From assembly GCF_006345805.1 (NCBI RefSeq), contig NC_043002.1, positions 14,198,001 to 14,262,000 on the forward strand: a stretch of 64,000 bases of DNA, written 5' to 3'. This DNA is from Octopus sinensis. Lineage: Eukaryota. The notes beneath the pieces are model-generated. The model searched no databases and was not told the DNA's origin. It saw nothing but the letters and a program-made list of their open reading frames with translations. Shown piece after piece: positions 25,649 to 39,335 of the stretch; position 1 is the stretch's first letter; the number at the start of each line of letters is the position of its first letter. The position numbers and the translations under genes are program-made.

Positions 25649-28395
25649 TCCTGCGCCTATATACTACCACACATCCACTCCTGTGCCTATATATTACCAC
25701 ACATCCACTCCTGTGCCTATATACTTACCACACATCCACTCCTGCGCCTATATAATTAACACGCATCCACTCCTGCGCCTATATACTTAACACGCATCCA
25801 CTCCTGCGCCTAAAAACTTTCCACACATCCACACCTGCGCCTATATACTTTCCACACATCCACTCCTGCGCCTATATACTTACCACACATCAACTCCTGC
25901 GCCTATATACTTTCCACACATCCACTCCTGCGTCTATATACTTTCCACACATCCACTCCTGCGCCTATATACTTACCACACATCCATTCCTGCGCCTATA
26001 TACTTACGACACATCCATTCCCGTGCCTATATACTTTCCACGCATCCACTCCTGCGCCTATATACTCACCACACATCCATTCCTGCGCCTATATACTTAC
26101 ATCACATCCACTCCTGCGCCTATATACTTACCACACATCCATTCCTGCGCCTATATAATTCCGCACATCCACTCCTGCGCCTATATACTTACCACGCATC
26201 CACTCCTGCGCCTATATACTTACCACACATCAACCTCCTGCGCCTATATACTTTCCACACATCCACTCCTGCGCCTATATACTTACCACACATCCACTCC
26301 TGCGCCTATATACTTACCACGCATCCACTCCTGCGCCTATATACTTTCCACACATCCACTCCTGCGCCTATATACTTACCACACATCCACTCCTGCGCCT
26401 ATATACTTTCCACACATCCACTCCTGCGCCTATATACTTACCACACATCCACTCCTGCGCCGATATACTTACCTCACATCCACTCCTGCGCCTATATAAT
26501 TACCACACATCCACCCCTGCGCCTATATACTTACCACACATCCCATCCTGTGCCTACATACTTACCATACATCCACTCCTGCGCCTATATACTTACCACA
26601 CATCCACTCCTGCGCCTATATACTTACCACACATCCATTCCTGCGCCTATATACTTACCACACATCCACTCCTGCGCCTATATACTTACCACACATCCAC
26701 TCCTGCGCCTATATACTTTCCACACATCCACTCCTGTGCCTATATACTTTCCAAACATCCACTCCTGCGCCTATATATTTTCCACACATCCACTCCTGCG
26801 TCTATATACTTTCCACACATTCACTTCTGCGCCTATATACTTACCACACATCCACTCCTGCGCCTATATACTTTCCACACATCCACTCCTGCGCCTATAT
26901 ACTTACCACACATCCACACCTGCGCCTATATACTTTCCACACATCCACTCCTGCGTCTATCTACTTTCCACACATCCACTCCTGCACCTATATACTTACC
27001 ACACATCCACTCCTGCGCCTATATACTTTCCACACATCCACTCCTGCGCCTATATATTTACCACACATCCACTCCTGCGCCTATATACTTTCCACACATC
27101 CACTCCTGCGCCTATATATTTACCACACATCCACTCCTGCGCCTATATACTCACCACGCATCCACTCCTGCGCCTATATACTTACATCACGTCCACTCCA
27201 GCGCCTATATACTTTCCACACATCCACTCCTGCGCCTATATACTTACAACACATCCACTCCTGCTACAACACATCCACTCCTGCGCCTATATACTTTCCA
27301 CACATCCACTCCTGCGCCTATATATTTACCACACATCCACTCCTGCGCCTATATACTTACCACACATCCACTCCTGCGCCTATATACTTTCCAGACATCC
27401 ACTCCTGCGCCTATATACTTACCACACATCCACACCTGCGCCTATATACTTTTCACACATCCACTCCTGCGTCTATCTACTTTCCACACATCCACTCCTG
27501 CACCTATATACTTACCACACATCCACTCCTGCGCCTATATACTTTCCACACATTCACTCCTGCGCCTATATATTTACCACACATCCACTCCTGCGCCTAT
27601 ATACTTTCCACACATCCACTCCTGCGCCTATATATTTACCACACATCCACTCCTGCGCCTATATACTCACCACGCATCCACTCCTGCGCCTATATACTTA
27701 CATCACGTCCACTCCAGCGCCTATATACTTTCCACACCCACTCCTGCGCCTATATACTTACCACACACCTCCATTCCTGCGCCTATATACTTTCCGCACA
27801 TCCACTCCTGCTCCTATATACTTACAACAACAACATCCACTCCTGCGCCTATATACTTTCCACACATCCACTCCTGCGCCTATATACTTACCACAACATC
27901 CACTCCTGCGCCTATATACTCACCACACATCCACATCCTCCTGCGCCTATATACTTACAATCACACGTCCATTCCAGCGCCTATATACTTTCCACACACA
28001 TCCACTCCTGCGTCATATACTTACAACACATCCACTCCTGCGCCTATATACTTTCACACATCCACTCCTGCGCCTATATACTTACCACTATCCACTCCTG
28101 CGCTATATACTTACCACACATCCATTCCTGCGCCTATATACTTTCGCACCTCAACATCCTCTGCTCCTATATACTTACAAAACTTCCAACCATCACCCCT
28201 GCGCCTATATACTTCCACACATCCACTCCTCGCCTATATACTTACCACACATCCATTCCTGCGCCTATATACTTACCACGCATCCACTCCTGCGCCTATA
28301 TACTTAACACGCATCCACTCCTGCGCCTATATACTTACCACACATCCACTCCTGCGCCTATATACTTACCATACAACCACTCCTGTGCCTATATA
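25649..28395. repeat. 31-bp minisatellite (about 88 copies) derived from the SINE B 5' end
   Basis: Unit CCACACATCCACTCCTGCGCCTATATACTTA is the reverse complement of the SINE B start ATAGGCGCAGGAGTGG(C/A)TGTGTGGTAAGTA. Internal 516-bp duplication. Confidence 0.95.
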
Positions 28396-28829
28396 TGTGC
28401 GTTACTATGTTGCATACCAGACATTTGAAGATTATGTATTTTATATAATAAATATATAGGGTAAAATGAATGTCTAAATATCATTACAAATACCTACATT
28501 TAAAAACGGATAGAATATAGTCTATAATCATAGTCTACGCAACTCACAGAAGTTGAAATTCCTAAATAATAATCATATAACATTAAAAAACAATATCTGC
28601 GGAATGTTGTCTGTATTCATATGCATCGTTGGGAAGCCCTGTTGCGTTTCTAGGTTACCCAGCGGTTGTCCATACTTTTCTGATTTTATGTGTGGTATGT
28701 GGCAGTATGTATGTATGTATGTATGTATGTATGTATGTATGTATGTATGTATGTATGTATGATGTATGTATGTATATGTGTTTGTGTATGTGTGTGTGCG
28801 TGTGTAAATGTATATAGTAAAAGTATATA

Positions 28830-29046
28830 GGCGGCGAGCTGGTAGAATCTTTAGCACGCCGGGCGAAATGCTTAGCAGTATTTCGTCTGCGGTTACGTTC
28901 TGAGTTCAAATTCCGCCGAGGCCGACTTTGCCTTTCATCCTTTCGGGGTCGATTGAATAAGTACCAGTTACGCACTGGGGTCAATATAATCGACTTAATC
29001 CGTTTTTCCCCTCTGTGTTTAGCCCATTGTGGGTAGTAAAGAAATA
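28830..29046 (+). mobile_element. SINE family C
   Basis: Full head to AAAGAAATA tail; flanked by GTAAATGTATATA-like repeats. Confidence 0.9.
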
Positions 29047-29419
29047 GTAAATGTATATATGTATAAATGTGTATGTGTGTGTAAATGAATACATACATGC
29101 CTATATAAATTCATACATAAATCCATAAGTAATATCATTATAATTTATGTATTGACAAAATTATATATGTATATATATATGTATGTATATATATATATAT
29201 ATATAATATATATATATATTATATTTGTATATATATATATATTTGTATATATATATATATTGTATATATATATATACATACATCTTTATATTTATATGTG
29301 TATATATATATGTGTGTTGTGTGTGTGTGTGTGTGTGTGTGTGTGCATGTATGTATAACTATGTACGTATGCATAAGCATACATATACTTGCATAAGCTT
29401 TGCTTTCTGTTTGAAACCA

Positions 29420-29590
29420 GAAATAGCATACGAGAAGGCGTCCTTCAGTCCCTGGAACGCTGGGACCGGTGCACTGCTGCGAAAGGTGACTATTTCGAAG
29501 GAGACGGTGTTAAAACTTAGGCAAATAAGTTCCTTTTTTTAATATATTAAGCATAACTCATCCGGTAATGTTTTGATACCACCTCGCATA
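29420..29590 (+). mobile_element. mariner 3' end fragment
   Basis: 29446-29520 translates QSLERWDRCTAAKGDYFEGDGVKT*, a typical mariner C-terminus, followed by a TIR-like CACCTCG end. Confidence 0.75.
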
Positions 29591-29819
29591 TATTTGTATG
29601 GGTGAGTGTGGCCGTGTTTGATCTTCAACAACTGTTTGACAATTGAGGTTTTTGATCTGATACAGAAAAAGTTATGGAATATGTATTAAAGTTATCATGG
29701 AATTGTATTAGAGTTAAAAATAAATGCAAGAGTTGTATAACGGATAACGGATACTGCGAGTTGGTGCTAAAATATTCCTGGCCTGAAGGGTATTGCGAAA
29801 GTTCTTGTTGAAGGCCCAA

Positions 29820-29989
29820 CCTTCCAAGTTTATGAGTTGGAGGACCAAACTACCGAGTTCAGAAATACTGAAGGACCGTTGAAATAAGTGTGTATATCGG
29901 AGAAGATATTACGCTGAATAAAATCATAACTGATTTTCCTATATTTTCTTTTACCTAATGGCATGTTCCTTTCAGCACACCCTCGTATA
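29820..29989 (+). mobile_element. Second mariner 3' end fragment
   Basis: DR*NKCVYRRRYYAE* (compare RWxKCVxxxGDYVE) followed by CACCCTCGTA-TA terminus. Confidence 0.6.
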
Positions 29990-30152
29990 TGTGTTTAGTA
30001 AACACAGAAACAAACACACACGCACACACACACACACACACACAGACACACACGCACACAGATACACACACAGACACACACACACAGACACACACAAATC
30101 ACATACATATAACCTGTTTGTTTGTTTGTGCTATATATATAATATATATATA

Positions 30153-30463
30153 AGGAGTACTCCGTCGGTTACGACGACGAGGGTCCCAGCTGATACGATC
30201 AACGGAAGAGCCTGCTCGTGAAATTAACGTACATGTGACTGAGCAATCCCCAGACACGTGTACCCATAACGTAATTCTCAGGGAGATTCAGCGTGACACA
30301 GAGTGTGACAAGGCCGGCCCTTTTAAATACAGGTACAGCTCATTTTTGCCAGCTGAGTAGACTGGAGCAACGGGAAATAAAGTGTCTTGCTCAAGGACAC
30401 AATGAATTGCCGGGAATCGAACTCACGACCTTACAATCGTGAGCCGAATGCCCTAACCACTAT
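30153..30463 (-). mobile_element. SINE with family A tail 1 but a different head and central domain
   Basis: 30153-30335 matches the tail of 3188-3569; 30340-30463 has a CTTGAGCAAGACAC-type domain instead of the family A domain. Confidence 0.8.
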
Positions 30464-31095
30464 GTATAATATACACATATATATATTATACATACACAGG
30501 CACACATACACACACATATACGTAAACGCTTATCTGCATATGAAGGCCCGCATGTCTTTGTGTGTGTATAATTCTTAATCTGTGTCTTTGTATGCAGTCG
30601 AATGTGTTTACATACGTCTGTGTCTCTTTGTACGCGTTTTTGTTCGTGACTGTAGTTCACGAACTGTAATACTTCCAGATGACGATAATAATTTGACCCA
30701 AGGTTAATTGTCTTTAACAAAATGCGTTAAACTTTAGGCCTTAACACATTTCAAGAAATACCGTAATTCTATTTTCGATTGATGATTTATTCATCTGTAG
30801 GTCAAAGCAACTTTCACTAGACATGAAAGGGAAATACATAATTTTCCTGAAACTCTAAGACTGCCTTAACCTAATGTGAATACATTAAGTTTATTCCATG
30901 CATTTTCATTGAACTGCTACAACGATATATTACTTTAGCGGAACGTTGTTAGGGTGATAAGTTACAGCCACCGGATACGTCAAAAACACTTCCCATACTC
31001 ACCCTCTTGATGTGTTAAATATAGAAGTTCTTTCTGTCGCATTCTGTCTGTTATTGCGTCTTCTCAAAAGATGCTATTTTGTAGTTTTTTGAGCC

Positions 31096-31396
31096 CGAAT
31101 TTGGTCCGATTGGAAAGGTCTGTGTCTAAGGCATCTCCAGCCGATAAAACTCTACAAAGCATTTAGCTACTCGAATTTGGTCCGGATTGGAAAGATCTGT
31201 GGTTAAGGCACCTCCAGCCGAAAAAAATTCTACCAAGCATTTCGCTACCCGAATTTGGTCAGGATTGGAAAGGTCTGTGGTTAAGGCACCTCCAGCCGAA
31301 AAAAATTCTACCAAGTATTTCGCTACCCGAATTTGGTCAGGATTGGAAAGATCTGTGGTTAAGGCACCTCAAGCCGAAAAAACTCGACCAAGCATT
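31096..31396. repeat. Tandem repeat, about 3.9 copies of 76-78 bp
   Basis: CGAATTTGGTC starts at 31096, 31172, 31250 and 31328. Confidence 0.92.
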
Positions 31397-32072
31397 CGTT
31401 AGATTATTAATTACATAATAATAATTCGGCAATTCCACCGCTCTCATTAATGATTTCGATAACATGCATCTTCATGTTATAACTAACAAATTATATTAAG
31501 TACCAGTGTGCAGTGTAAGTATTGATTTTGGTTGCGCATTCTATGACGTGTCTGCTAAACAACATTATCACTTTTAGGGCCAATGATTAGCATACTGCAT
31601 GCTATGCTGCGTTAATGGCATGGAAGCATCTGATTGATAGAAAGTCTATGAAACAGCACATATCTAATTTTGAAAACATCTGTTCTTTAATTAGCTCGCC
31701 AATCTTTTCTCTGATAAAGACCTACACAGACATATATGAGCACACCACGCACGCTTACGCATATATATTCGCACACGTTTCTCTGTATACATGTGTGAAA
31801 GTAAATATGCTTTGCATTGTTCACTTTTTTCGTACTTTATTTGATTATATAAATACATTTATGTCGTTCTTAAGGCGAAAATACACTCTAAATCGAAAAA
31901 GAAACCCGAGTTGGTTTGTAGTAGTAAATTTATTATTAAAACAATCAACGTTGCTCATTTACATGTCAGGTGCAATTTGAAGAGAATACTTTACTTTGAA
32001 CAAATATATTTTTATGACTTGCTTCAGAACAATCCAGAGAAATTCCAGCATGACAGATATATAACTGTATGC

Positions 32073-32280
32073 AGAGGCGGCGAGCTGGCAGAAACATTAG
32101 CACGCCGGGGGAAATGCGTAGCCGTATTTCGTCTGCCGTTACGTTCTGAGTTCACATTCCGCCGAGGTCGACTTTGCCATTCGGGGTCGATAAATAAAGT
32201 ACCAGTCACGCACTGGGCTCGATATAATCGACTTAATCTGTTTGTCTGTCCTTGTTTGTCCCCTCTATGTTTAGCCCCTA
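32073..32280 (+). mobile_element. SINE family C
   Basis: 15-bp TSD TATATAACTGTATGC at 32058-32072 and 32281-32295. Confidence 0.9.
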
Positions 32281-32386
32281 TATATAACTGTATGCTGCCT
32301 TCATTTGAAGTCAGTATGATATGTGCGAACCTACGAAACGCTTGGGTCTTGATTCACCCTATAACTTCTGATTACGGTGACACACA

Positions 32387-32425
<39 letters not shown>

Positions 32426-32769
32426 TTATATACACTTGCGTTTCCTTCAAGCCATTAATACGAAGGAGATAATGTGTCCCCTCATTAGATTAAACGTGAT
32501 TAGAAATATGAATTTGAAATTAAGGCATACGTGGAAGAAAAGACAGTGTTCACATATTTAATTTGTTGCTTCTAATTGTCGGTGTTCATGTATAGTATCA
32601 TTTCGTTCCTTTTTAAATAATATTCAGCCTGATATAACTTGTAAATTATGAATTATAGATATATATTTTTAAGTGAAATGTTTTACTACTTCGTGCACAT
32701 TAATTGATATATGTAGAGAAATAATTTAATGCACTAACTAAAGATTTATTGGTATATATTTCAAATAAG

Positions 32770-33000
32770 AGCGGCGAACTGGCAGAAACGTTAGCACGCC
32801 GGGTGAAATGCGTAACCGTATTTCGTCTGCCGTTACGTTCTGAGTTCAAATTCCGTCGAGGTCGTCTTTGCCTTTCATCCTTTCAGGGTCAATAACTTAA
32901 GTACCATTTACGCACTGGGGTCGATATAATCGACTTAATCCGTTTGTCTGTCCTTGTTTGTCCCCTCTGTGTTTAGCCCCTTGTGGGTAGTAAAGATATA
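32770..33000 (+). mobile_element. SINE family C
   Basis: Full-length match to the family consensus seen in other copies. Confidence 0.9.
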
Positions 33001-33599
33001 ATAATATATATTTCCAATTTTATATTGTAGCGACACAAGCAGTCAGCGCCATATTGGATGAGATTTTGCGGCAACCATTGCCATCTCCGAATCTGGAGCG
33101 AGATCTCACCTGCATCAATTTGCTATGCGCGAGATCACAACGAGGGTCGCGATGGGAAACTCTATGTAAAGGAAAAACCCGATTCAGCTCTCTCTCTCTT
33201 TTTGGCGCCACTGCACAGTAGCGCTGGCTGAACACCACCACTGGCTGGACCTGTCTATATGTTGTATGTCCAGAGGCAATGCGCCCGCACTAGCGGAGCT
33301 ACTACATAACGCACACAGCTAAAGATAGTAGCTGAGGGCAGCACACTTCATATATCTTGTAAAACCTGTAACTAAACCAGTTGTAAATAGCATTTGTATT
33401 TGAAGTTTTCTCTCTTCGCCTGCCAGAAGTCTGAACTACACGAAGAACAAAAAGATTATGGAAGAAGACGATATTCTTCTGATATCGTAAACCTTGCCTT
33501 CCGTTATAAAAATATAAAAGATTCAGTTCCTCAGCGCGCCACCTATGGGAAGCGTATTCTACTCCATATACCGGACAAAAAAATTATTGTAAGTGAATA

Positions 33600-33832
33600 T
33601 ATATTTCTTTACTACCCACAAGGGACTAAACACAGAGGGGACAAACAAGGACAGACAAACGGATCAAGTCGATTACAGCGACCCCAGTGCATAACTGATA
33701 CTTAATTCATCGACCCCGAAAGGATGAAAGGCAAAGTCGACCTCGGCGGAATTTGAACTCAGAACATCGTGGCAGACGAAGTGCGGCTACGCATTTCGCC
33801 CGGCGTGCTAACGTTTCTGCCAGCTCGCCGCC
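33600..33832 (-). mobile_element. SINE family C
   Basis: 19-bp TSD AAATTATTGTAAGTGAATA at 33581-33599 and 33833-33851. Confidence 0.92.
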
Positions 33833-34204
33833 AAATTATTGTAAGTGAATAGTTGAGAGGAAAGAGACCAAATGACTAAATACAGGTCTAAACTTAAATA
33901 CTGGAGACGATTTACCCAACTAGAACCCTTCAGATGTAAATATAAGACGAAATGAATTATTTCGATATATGCTGTGGTTTACAGTTTCGTAATTAATTTA
34001 TTTTCTGAATTATTCATATTTTATGACAGAGAATTACTCATATTTTATGGCAGTGAAAGTTTTATCGTGAATTCGATTAGAAGATATTATAATATATGGT
34101 TTTGATGAATGAAATGATATCTAGTTGACACCTTTTTTTTTTTTGTATGTCCATGAACATGATTCAGGAGTAATATCATTAATAATCCTGGTCTGAAGTT
34201 GTTG

Positions 34205-34380
34205 GAGAGGAGATTACTCGATTTCATCGACCCCAATGTTTTACTGGTACTTAAGTTATCGACCCCCGAAGGAAGAAAGAAGGCAAAGTCGACCCCGGCG
34301 GGATTTGAACCCAAAACGTAGCGACGGATGAATTACAGCTAAGCATTTCGTCCAGCGTGCAAACGTTTCTCCCAACTCAC
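34205..34380 (-). mobile_element. SINE family C, diverged
   Basis: Partial reverse-complement match (GGCAAAGTCGACC, CTAAGCATTTCGTCC). Confidence 0.7.
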
Positions 34381-34519
34381 CACTTAGTGATATCATTCAT
34401 GATAGTGAAATAGTTAATCTATGCTCAATATATAATTACCTATTTCCCTCAAACTTACCTCTTACCTATGAAGTATCAAATGTGCATACTCATGATCTCA
34501 TCTATATATCTATATTTAC

Positions 34520-34868
34520 ATTACTCTTTACTCTTCACTCTATTACTTGCTTCAGTCATTTGACTGTGGCCATGCTGGAGCACCGCCTTTAGTCGAAGAA
34601 ATCGACCCCGGGACTAATTCTTTGTAAGCCTTGTACTTATTCTATCAGTCTCTTTTGCCGAACTGCTAAGTTACGGGGATATATATATATATATACATAT
34701 ATACGACAGGCTTCTTTCAGCTTCCGTCTACTAAATCCACTCACAAGGCTTTTCTCGGCCCGAGGCTATAGTAGAAGACATTTGCCCAAGGTGCCACAGA
34801 GTGGAAATGAACCCCGAACCATGTGGCTGATAAGCAAGCTACTTACCACACACCCACTCCTACGCCTT
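34520..34868 (-). mobile_element. SINE family B
   Basis: Reverse-complement match from tail to head CCACTCCTACGCC. Confidence 0.85.
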
Positions 34869-36323
34869 AGGTATACTTCTTAAAAATTTGAAAGATGAGA
34901 GGTTACAGTGATTCGGCTGCTATATCATTCTTTTGGGGTCGATAAAATAAGTAGCATTGGAATACCGGGTCAGTCGGATCGACGTACCTCTCCCCAAATT
35001 TGGTGGTCTTGTACCACAATTTGAAATCAATATTAAACGCATTTTTCTTTCTTTTATCCCCGCAGTTACCATATCAAACTTAATCGCCGCATTAAGGCAT
35101 GTAACAGATTTTTGTTTTTTCATTTACTGATAATATATATCCTTTATTCAAGTTTCTCTCTCTCTCTCTGTTTATCGCTCTTTTGCTTCCTCCTTCTCCC
35201 TGACACGCTCTCTGTCTGCCTGCTTCCTCTCTCTCTCTCTCACACACACACACACAAACACACTCACACATACATATTTGTGTTTATTCTATTTCATATT
35301 ACTACTTCGGACCGAGTAGGACAGTTCTATATGCTATTTTATACACCTGAGTAACGATCAGTAATGTGCAATGGTTGATTTTTTTCTTTTCTCTTTTACT
35401 TGTTTCAGGCATTTGACTGTGGCCATGCTGGAGCACCACTCTAAAACAAATTTACTTGAAATATTTCATAAAAGATACTAGGCAACTGGTCTACATACAT
35501 TTCAGATCTTGTGAGGTAATACGAAGATGTTATGAGACCTTACATATACATACATTTTTGTCACAGAAGCAAATAGAAAATTTGAACAAAAGAATATTTT
35601 ATTAGAGGTATTGCAATAAAAAGATTCAAGAAAAAATATTTGCAATTATTATTTTCCATAACCACGTGTTGTAGCTTCCTCCCTTGCATATTAATAAATA
35701 TCTGAAATAAAAAAAATAGCGTCCATATAGATGTTTCATCAAAAATTGTGAGATTATTAACTGAAGAAAATTAGACACAAAGTGTGAAACTATGCATCAA
35801 ATGTAAACTTTTTCAAATATATATTATTTTTGATATATTCTATGAATATAATTGGATTTTGTATTGCAATAACGAAAAAAATTTAACGTCTGTGAAAGGA
35901 ATTGTGCAGCCAAAATCTTCAGTTGGATGTGAGATGAGAAAATACTAGTTAATTGAACACGATAAGTAATTGCAGTTATTTGACTGCTTAATGTAAAATA
36001 CTACGTAAATGTTTGTAGGTTTCGGAAATGAAGATTTTCGATAAGTGATTAATTAGATCGCGACTGAAAGATGATATGTAATAAAATTACACCGCTGCAT
36101 TAAAGACTGAATGTGTTTCAGCACCATGATAATTGTGATAGTAAACTCATCTTATGAAACAGAATATATTGTGGAGCGTAGAATAGTGTTAGTGTTTCAA
36201 GAGGCTAAAAGCCACAGTTGTCTTAGTGTAGTTTAGGCATTTACTAATCAAGTGTTCATAGAGTTAATGTACGATTGTGTGATAATATTTATAACAAGAA
36301 GGAAATGAAAACGCATACGACAA

Positions 36324-36357
<34 letters not shown>

Positions 36358-36398
36358 CACACACACACATATATATATTGTGAAGTATATTTTCCCCC

Positions 36399-36765
36399 TA
36401 AATGTGGCTGACCCATATGGGAGGCTGCTACTGTAGTTTATAGCCCCAAGAAGACTTCTCCTCCAGCGGTCTATTGACACACTGTCTGTGTCCTATCAGT
36501 ATTTGCAAAGAGAATTCATCGTTCCCATCCCCAGCCTGACGTGATACACATGGACCCCTAGCCGGTGATTGTCATGCGTTGATGACGGTTTACTACCCAG
36601 AAACCCGGGTCCGTGTGCATCACGTCAGGCTGGAGATGGGAACGATGATTTCCCTTTGCAAATACTGATAGGGCACAGACAGTGTGTCATTAGCCAGCTG
36701 GAAGAGATGTCTTCCTGGGGATATAAACTGGAGTAGCATCGTCCGATATAGGTCAATCAAATTTA
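36399..36765. repeat. Foldback with about 155-bp inverted arms and a central hammerhead
   Basis: 36399-36557 matches the reverse complement of 36607-36765; the spacer holds most of an HHR fold. Confidence 0.85.
36565..36623 (+). ncRNA. Type I hammerhead ribozyme (U3.G8)
   Basis: GTGAT tgt CATGCG TTGATGA c GGT ttact ACC ca GAAAC CCGG GTC CGTGTG c ATCAC: extended stem I, palindromic ACCCGGGT stem III, GUC site after 36611. Confidence 0.7.
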
Positions 36766-37347
36766 TGTGACAAATATACATCACGATGTCGTGCTGCTAC
36801 TGTTTATATTTCGCTCAGAGATTTATTATTGCTATGGATTTACAAATTCAATACCCATACATATCTTACATCTATTTTCTTTCCTCCACCTCACTCTCTA
36901 TTTGTATCACATCGAAAATAACTATGACTTAATTTTTTCTCTCACACCGTCTCCGATTAAGAGATATCATTATTAATTAATATCCTAGAAACAGCTGTAA
37001 GACCTTCTATCTCTAAATACCCTAGTATCTATACAGCCTTGGCTTTTTTATCTTATTACGCAAAAAATTCTTATATATATATAAATAATATTGTGAAACA
37101 GTAGAGGACTCCATTTGTGGTAATGAAAATAAACATCAATGCTAGTGTAATCAGTTAGCAGTATATAAAACACAGCAGAAAAAAAAACCTGACCGGCATT
37201 TTAAACTTTCCAAAAGAGTAGCGGATACATTTAAATATCTTCTAGTCGTTGTTTTCAATGCAGGATTGGTAGACCTTTGCGATAATCAGAGTTCCAATTG
37301 AAAAAAACAGAAACACTAAACCAACGTGTCAGAAGATAGAAAGGAAA

Positions 37348-37788
37348 GGCAGCGAGCTGGCAGAATCGTTAGCACGCCGGGCGAAATGCGTAACCGTATT
37401 TCGTCTGCCGTTACGTTCTGAGTTCAAATTCCGACGAGGTCGACTTTGCCTTTCATCCTTTCGGGGTCGATAAATTAAGTACCAGTTACGCACTGGGGTC
37501 GATATAATCGACTTAATCCGTTTGTCTGTCCTTGTTTGTCTCCTCTATGTTTAGTCCCTTGTGGGCAATAAAGAAACATTGGCACGCCAGTCGAAATGCT
37601 TAGCGGTATTTCGTCAGCCGTTATACCCTGAGTTCAAACTCCGCCGAGGTCGACTTTGCTTTTCATCCTTTCGGGGTCGATAAATTAAGTACCAGTTACG
37701 CACTGAGGTCGATGTAATCGACTTACTCCATTTGTCTGTCCTTGTTTGTCCCCTCGGTGTATAGCCTCTTCTGGGCAATAAAGAAATA
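37348..37788 (+). mobile_element. SINE family C dimer
   Basis: Two tandem units; TSD AGAAGA(T/C)AGAAAGGAAA at 37331-37347 and 37789-37805. Confidence 0.9.
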
Positions 37789-38310
37789 AGAAGACAGAAA
37801 GGAAACGGTTTTGGACGAACACTTCAAATTATTTCCATTAGTTTCTGGTATTTAACATCACTAATTTATATTTGTTAATGATTTTGATATTGTTTGGTTT
37901 TTTACGCTAATCACATTTACACACTTACAATATCCAACCCCAAAGGAAAATAAAGTAACACAGACTAAGAAACAGCGACGAGCTAGGTGTTATCTGCACG
38001 TAAGCCGAATTCTACGATGTAAATTTACCTGTGACGCCGTTGTAATTTTAATTAAGATAACATTGGCAAACAGGTCTTTTGTTCTAGTACAACACCGACT
38101 TTCTGGATACTCATAATCCGGTTCCTCTTATAATCACACTAACTTATGAGAAGGAAATTCAAATTCTCTTAGCTGCCACATTAGTTTACTGGTACTTTTG
38201 CAGAGATTAGTTCGTTGCACAGTTCGATATTAATAAACATTAATAACAATTATACTAATTACCCATTTTCACCTTTATTATGTCTTCTCAATAGGAAATG
38301 TATGCTATTT

Positions 38311-38628
38311 ATTAATGGTATGTCATTTTAGATTTTATGGTTGCTGTTGCTGTTGAACGATGCGGTCTTCATCACATTAGTGGGAGAAGTCCACAACGGG
38401 GTCCTTTGCTATTCGTAAGACCCGCAGAAGAGAACGCAGGTCAACCCCCGACACCGAGAGCATCGACGGATGGATAAATGCGCCTCCAGTCTCAGCGGTT
38501 GCGTAGGAAGTCGGGGACAAGAAACAGGAAGAAAGAGTGAGAGAAAGTTGGGGCGAAAGAGTACAACCCCCTACCGGAGCCTCGTGGAGCTTTAGGTGTT
38601 TTCGCTCAATAAGCACACAGGTACCAAT
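38311..38628 (-). mobile_element. SINE family A central domain with tail type 3, head missing
   Basis: Closely similar to 39336-39728. Confidence 0.8.
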
Positions 38629-38809
38629 ATATATATACAGGTACCAATATATTATTTAATTATTCAAGCACATTTAATATTTCTTTAGAGTGTGTTGACC
38701 GAGGTCAAGATTCTTGGTTCAGAAAAATCATTAATCCAGTAAGGCTTCGAAAACTGGTTGCGGAAGATCGATATTGTGCCCTATACTACATTTTACATCT
38801 TATCCGCTT

Positions 38810-39033
38810 CCTGGTTTCAGTTATTTGAATGCGGCCATGCTGGGCCACCGCCTCAAAGGGTTTTAGCCGAACAAATCGATCACAGGATGTGATTTAATTA
38901 AAGCCTAGTACTTATTATATCGGAACATTTTGCTGAACTGCTAGGTTAGGGGGACGTAAACACAAAAGCACCTGCGGTCAAGTGGTGGTGAGAGACAAAC
39001 ACAGTCACAAAGACACACGCACATAAATACAAT

Positions 39034-39077
<44 letters not shown>

Positions 39078-39262
39078 TACACACACAAACGCCCAGACAT
39101 ATATGAAGGACTACTTTCATTTCCCGTCTACCAAATCCACTTCGTAATTCTTCGCTCGGCGCGATGCCATAGTAGAAGGCATTTGCCCAAGGCAACACTT
39201 TGTGGACTGAACCTGGATCCATGTGGTTGGGAAGCAAGCTTCTTACCGCACAACCGCGCCTA
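38810..39262 (-). mobile_element. SINE family B, diverged
   Basis: Reverse-complement similarity to family B including the internal (CA)n tract. Confidence 0.75.
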
Positions 39263-39335
39263 GAATATATAATAATATATTCCTAACGTTTGCGACACCT
39301 TTTGTCTAAACAAACTATGTCATATAAAACTGGAT

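Noticed and set aside
26023-28307. 158-aa and 585-aa His/Pro/Thr-rich ORFs
   Set aside because: Produced by the 31-bp SINE-derived minisatellite, whose plus strand rarely contains stops.
25649-28395. CRISPR-like regular repeat
   Set aside because: Units are contiguous with no unique spacers, the context is eukaryotic and no cas genes are present.
33026-33580. Possible LTR (TG start) with TGGCGCC primer-binding-like motif and gag-like peptide
   Set aside because: No second LTR, no CA end at the expected place and only weak peptide similarity.
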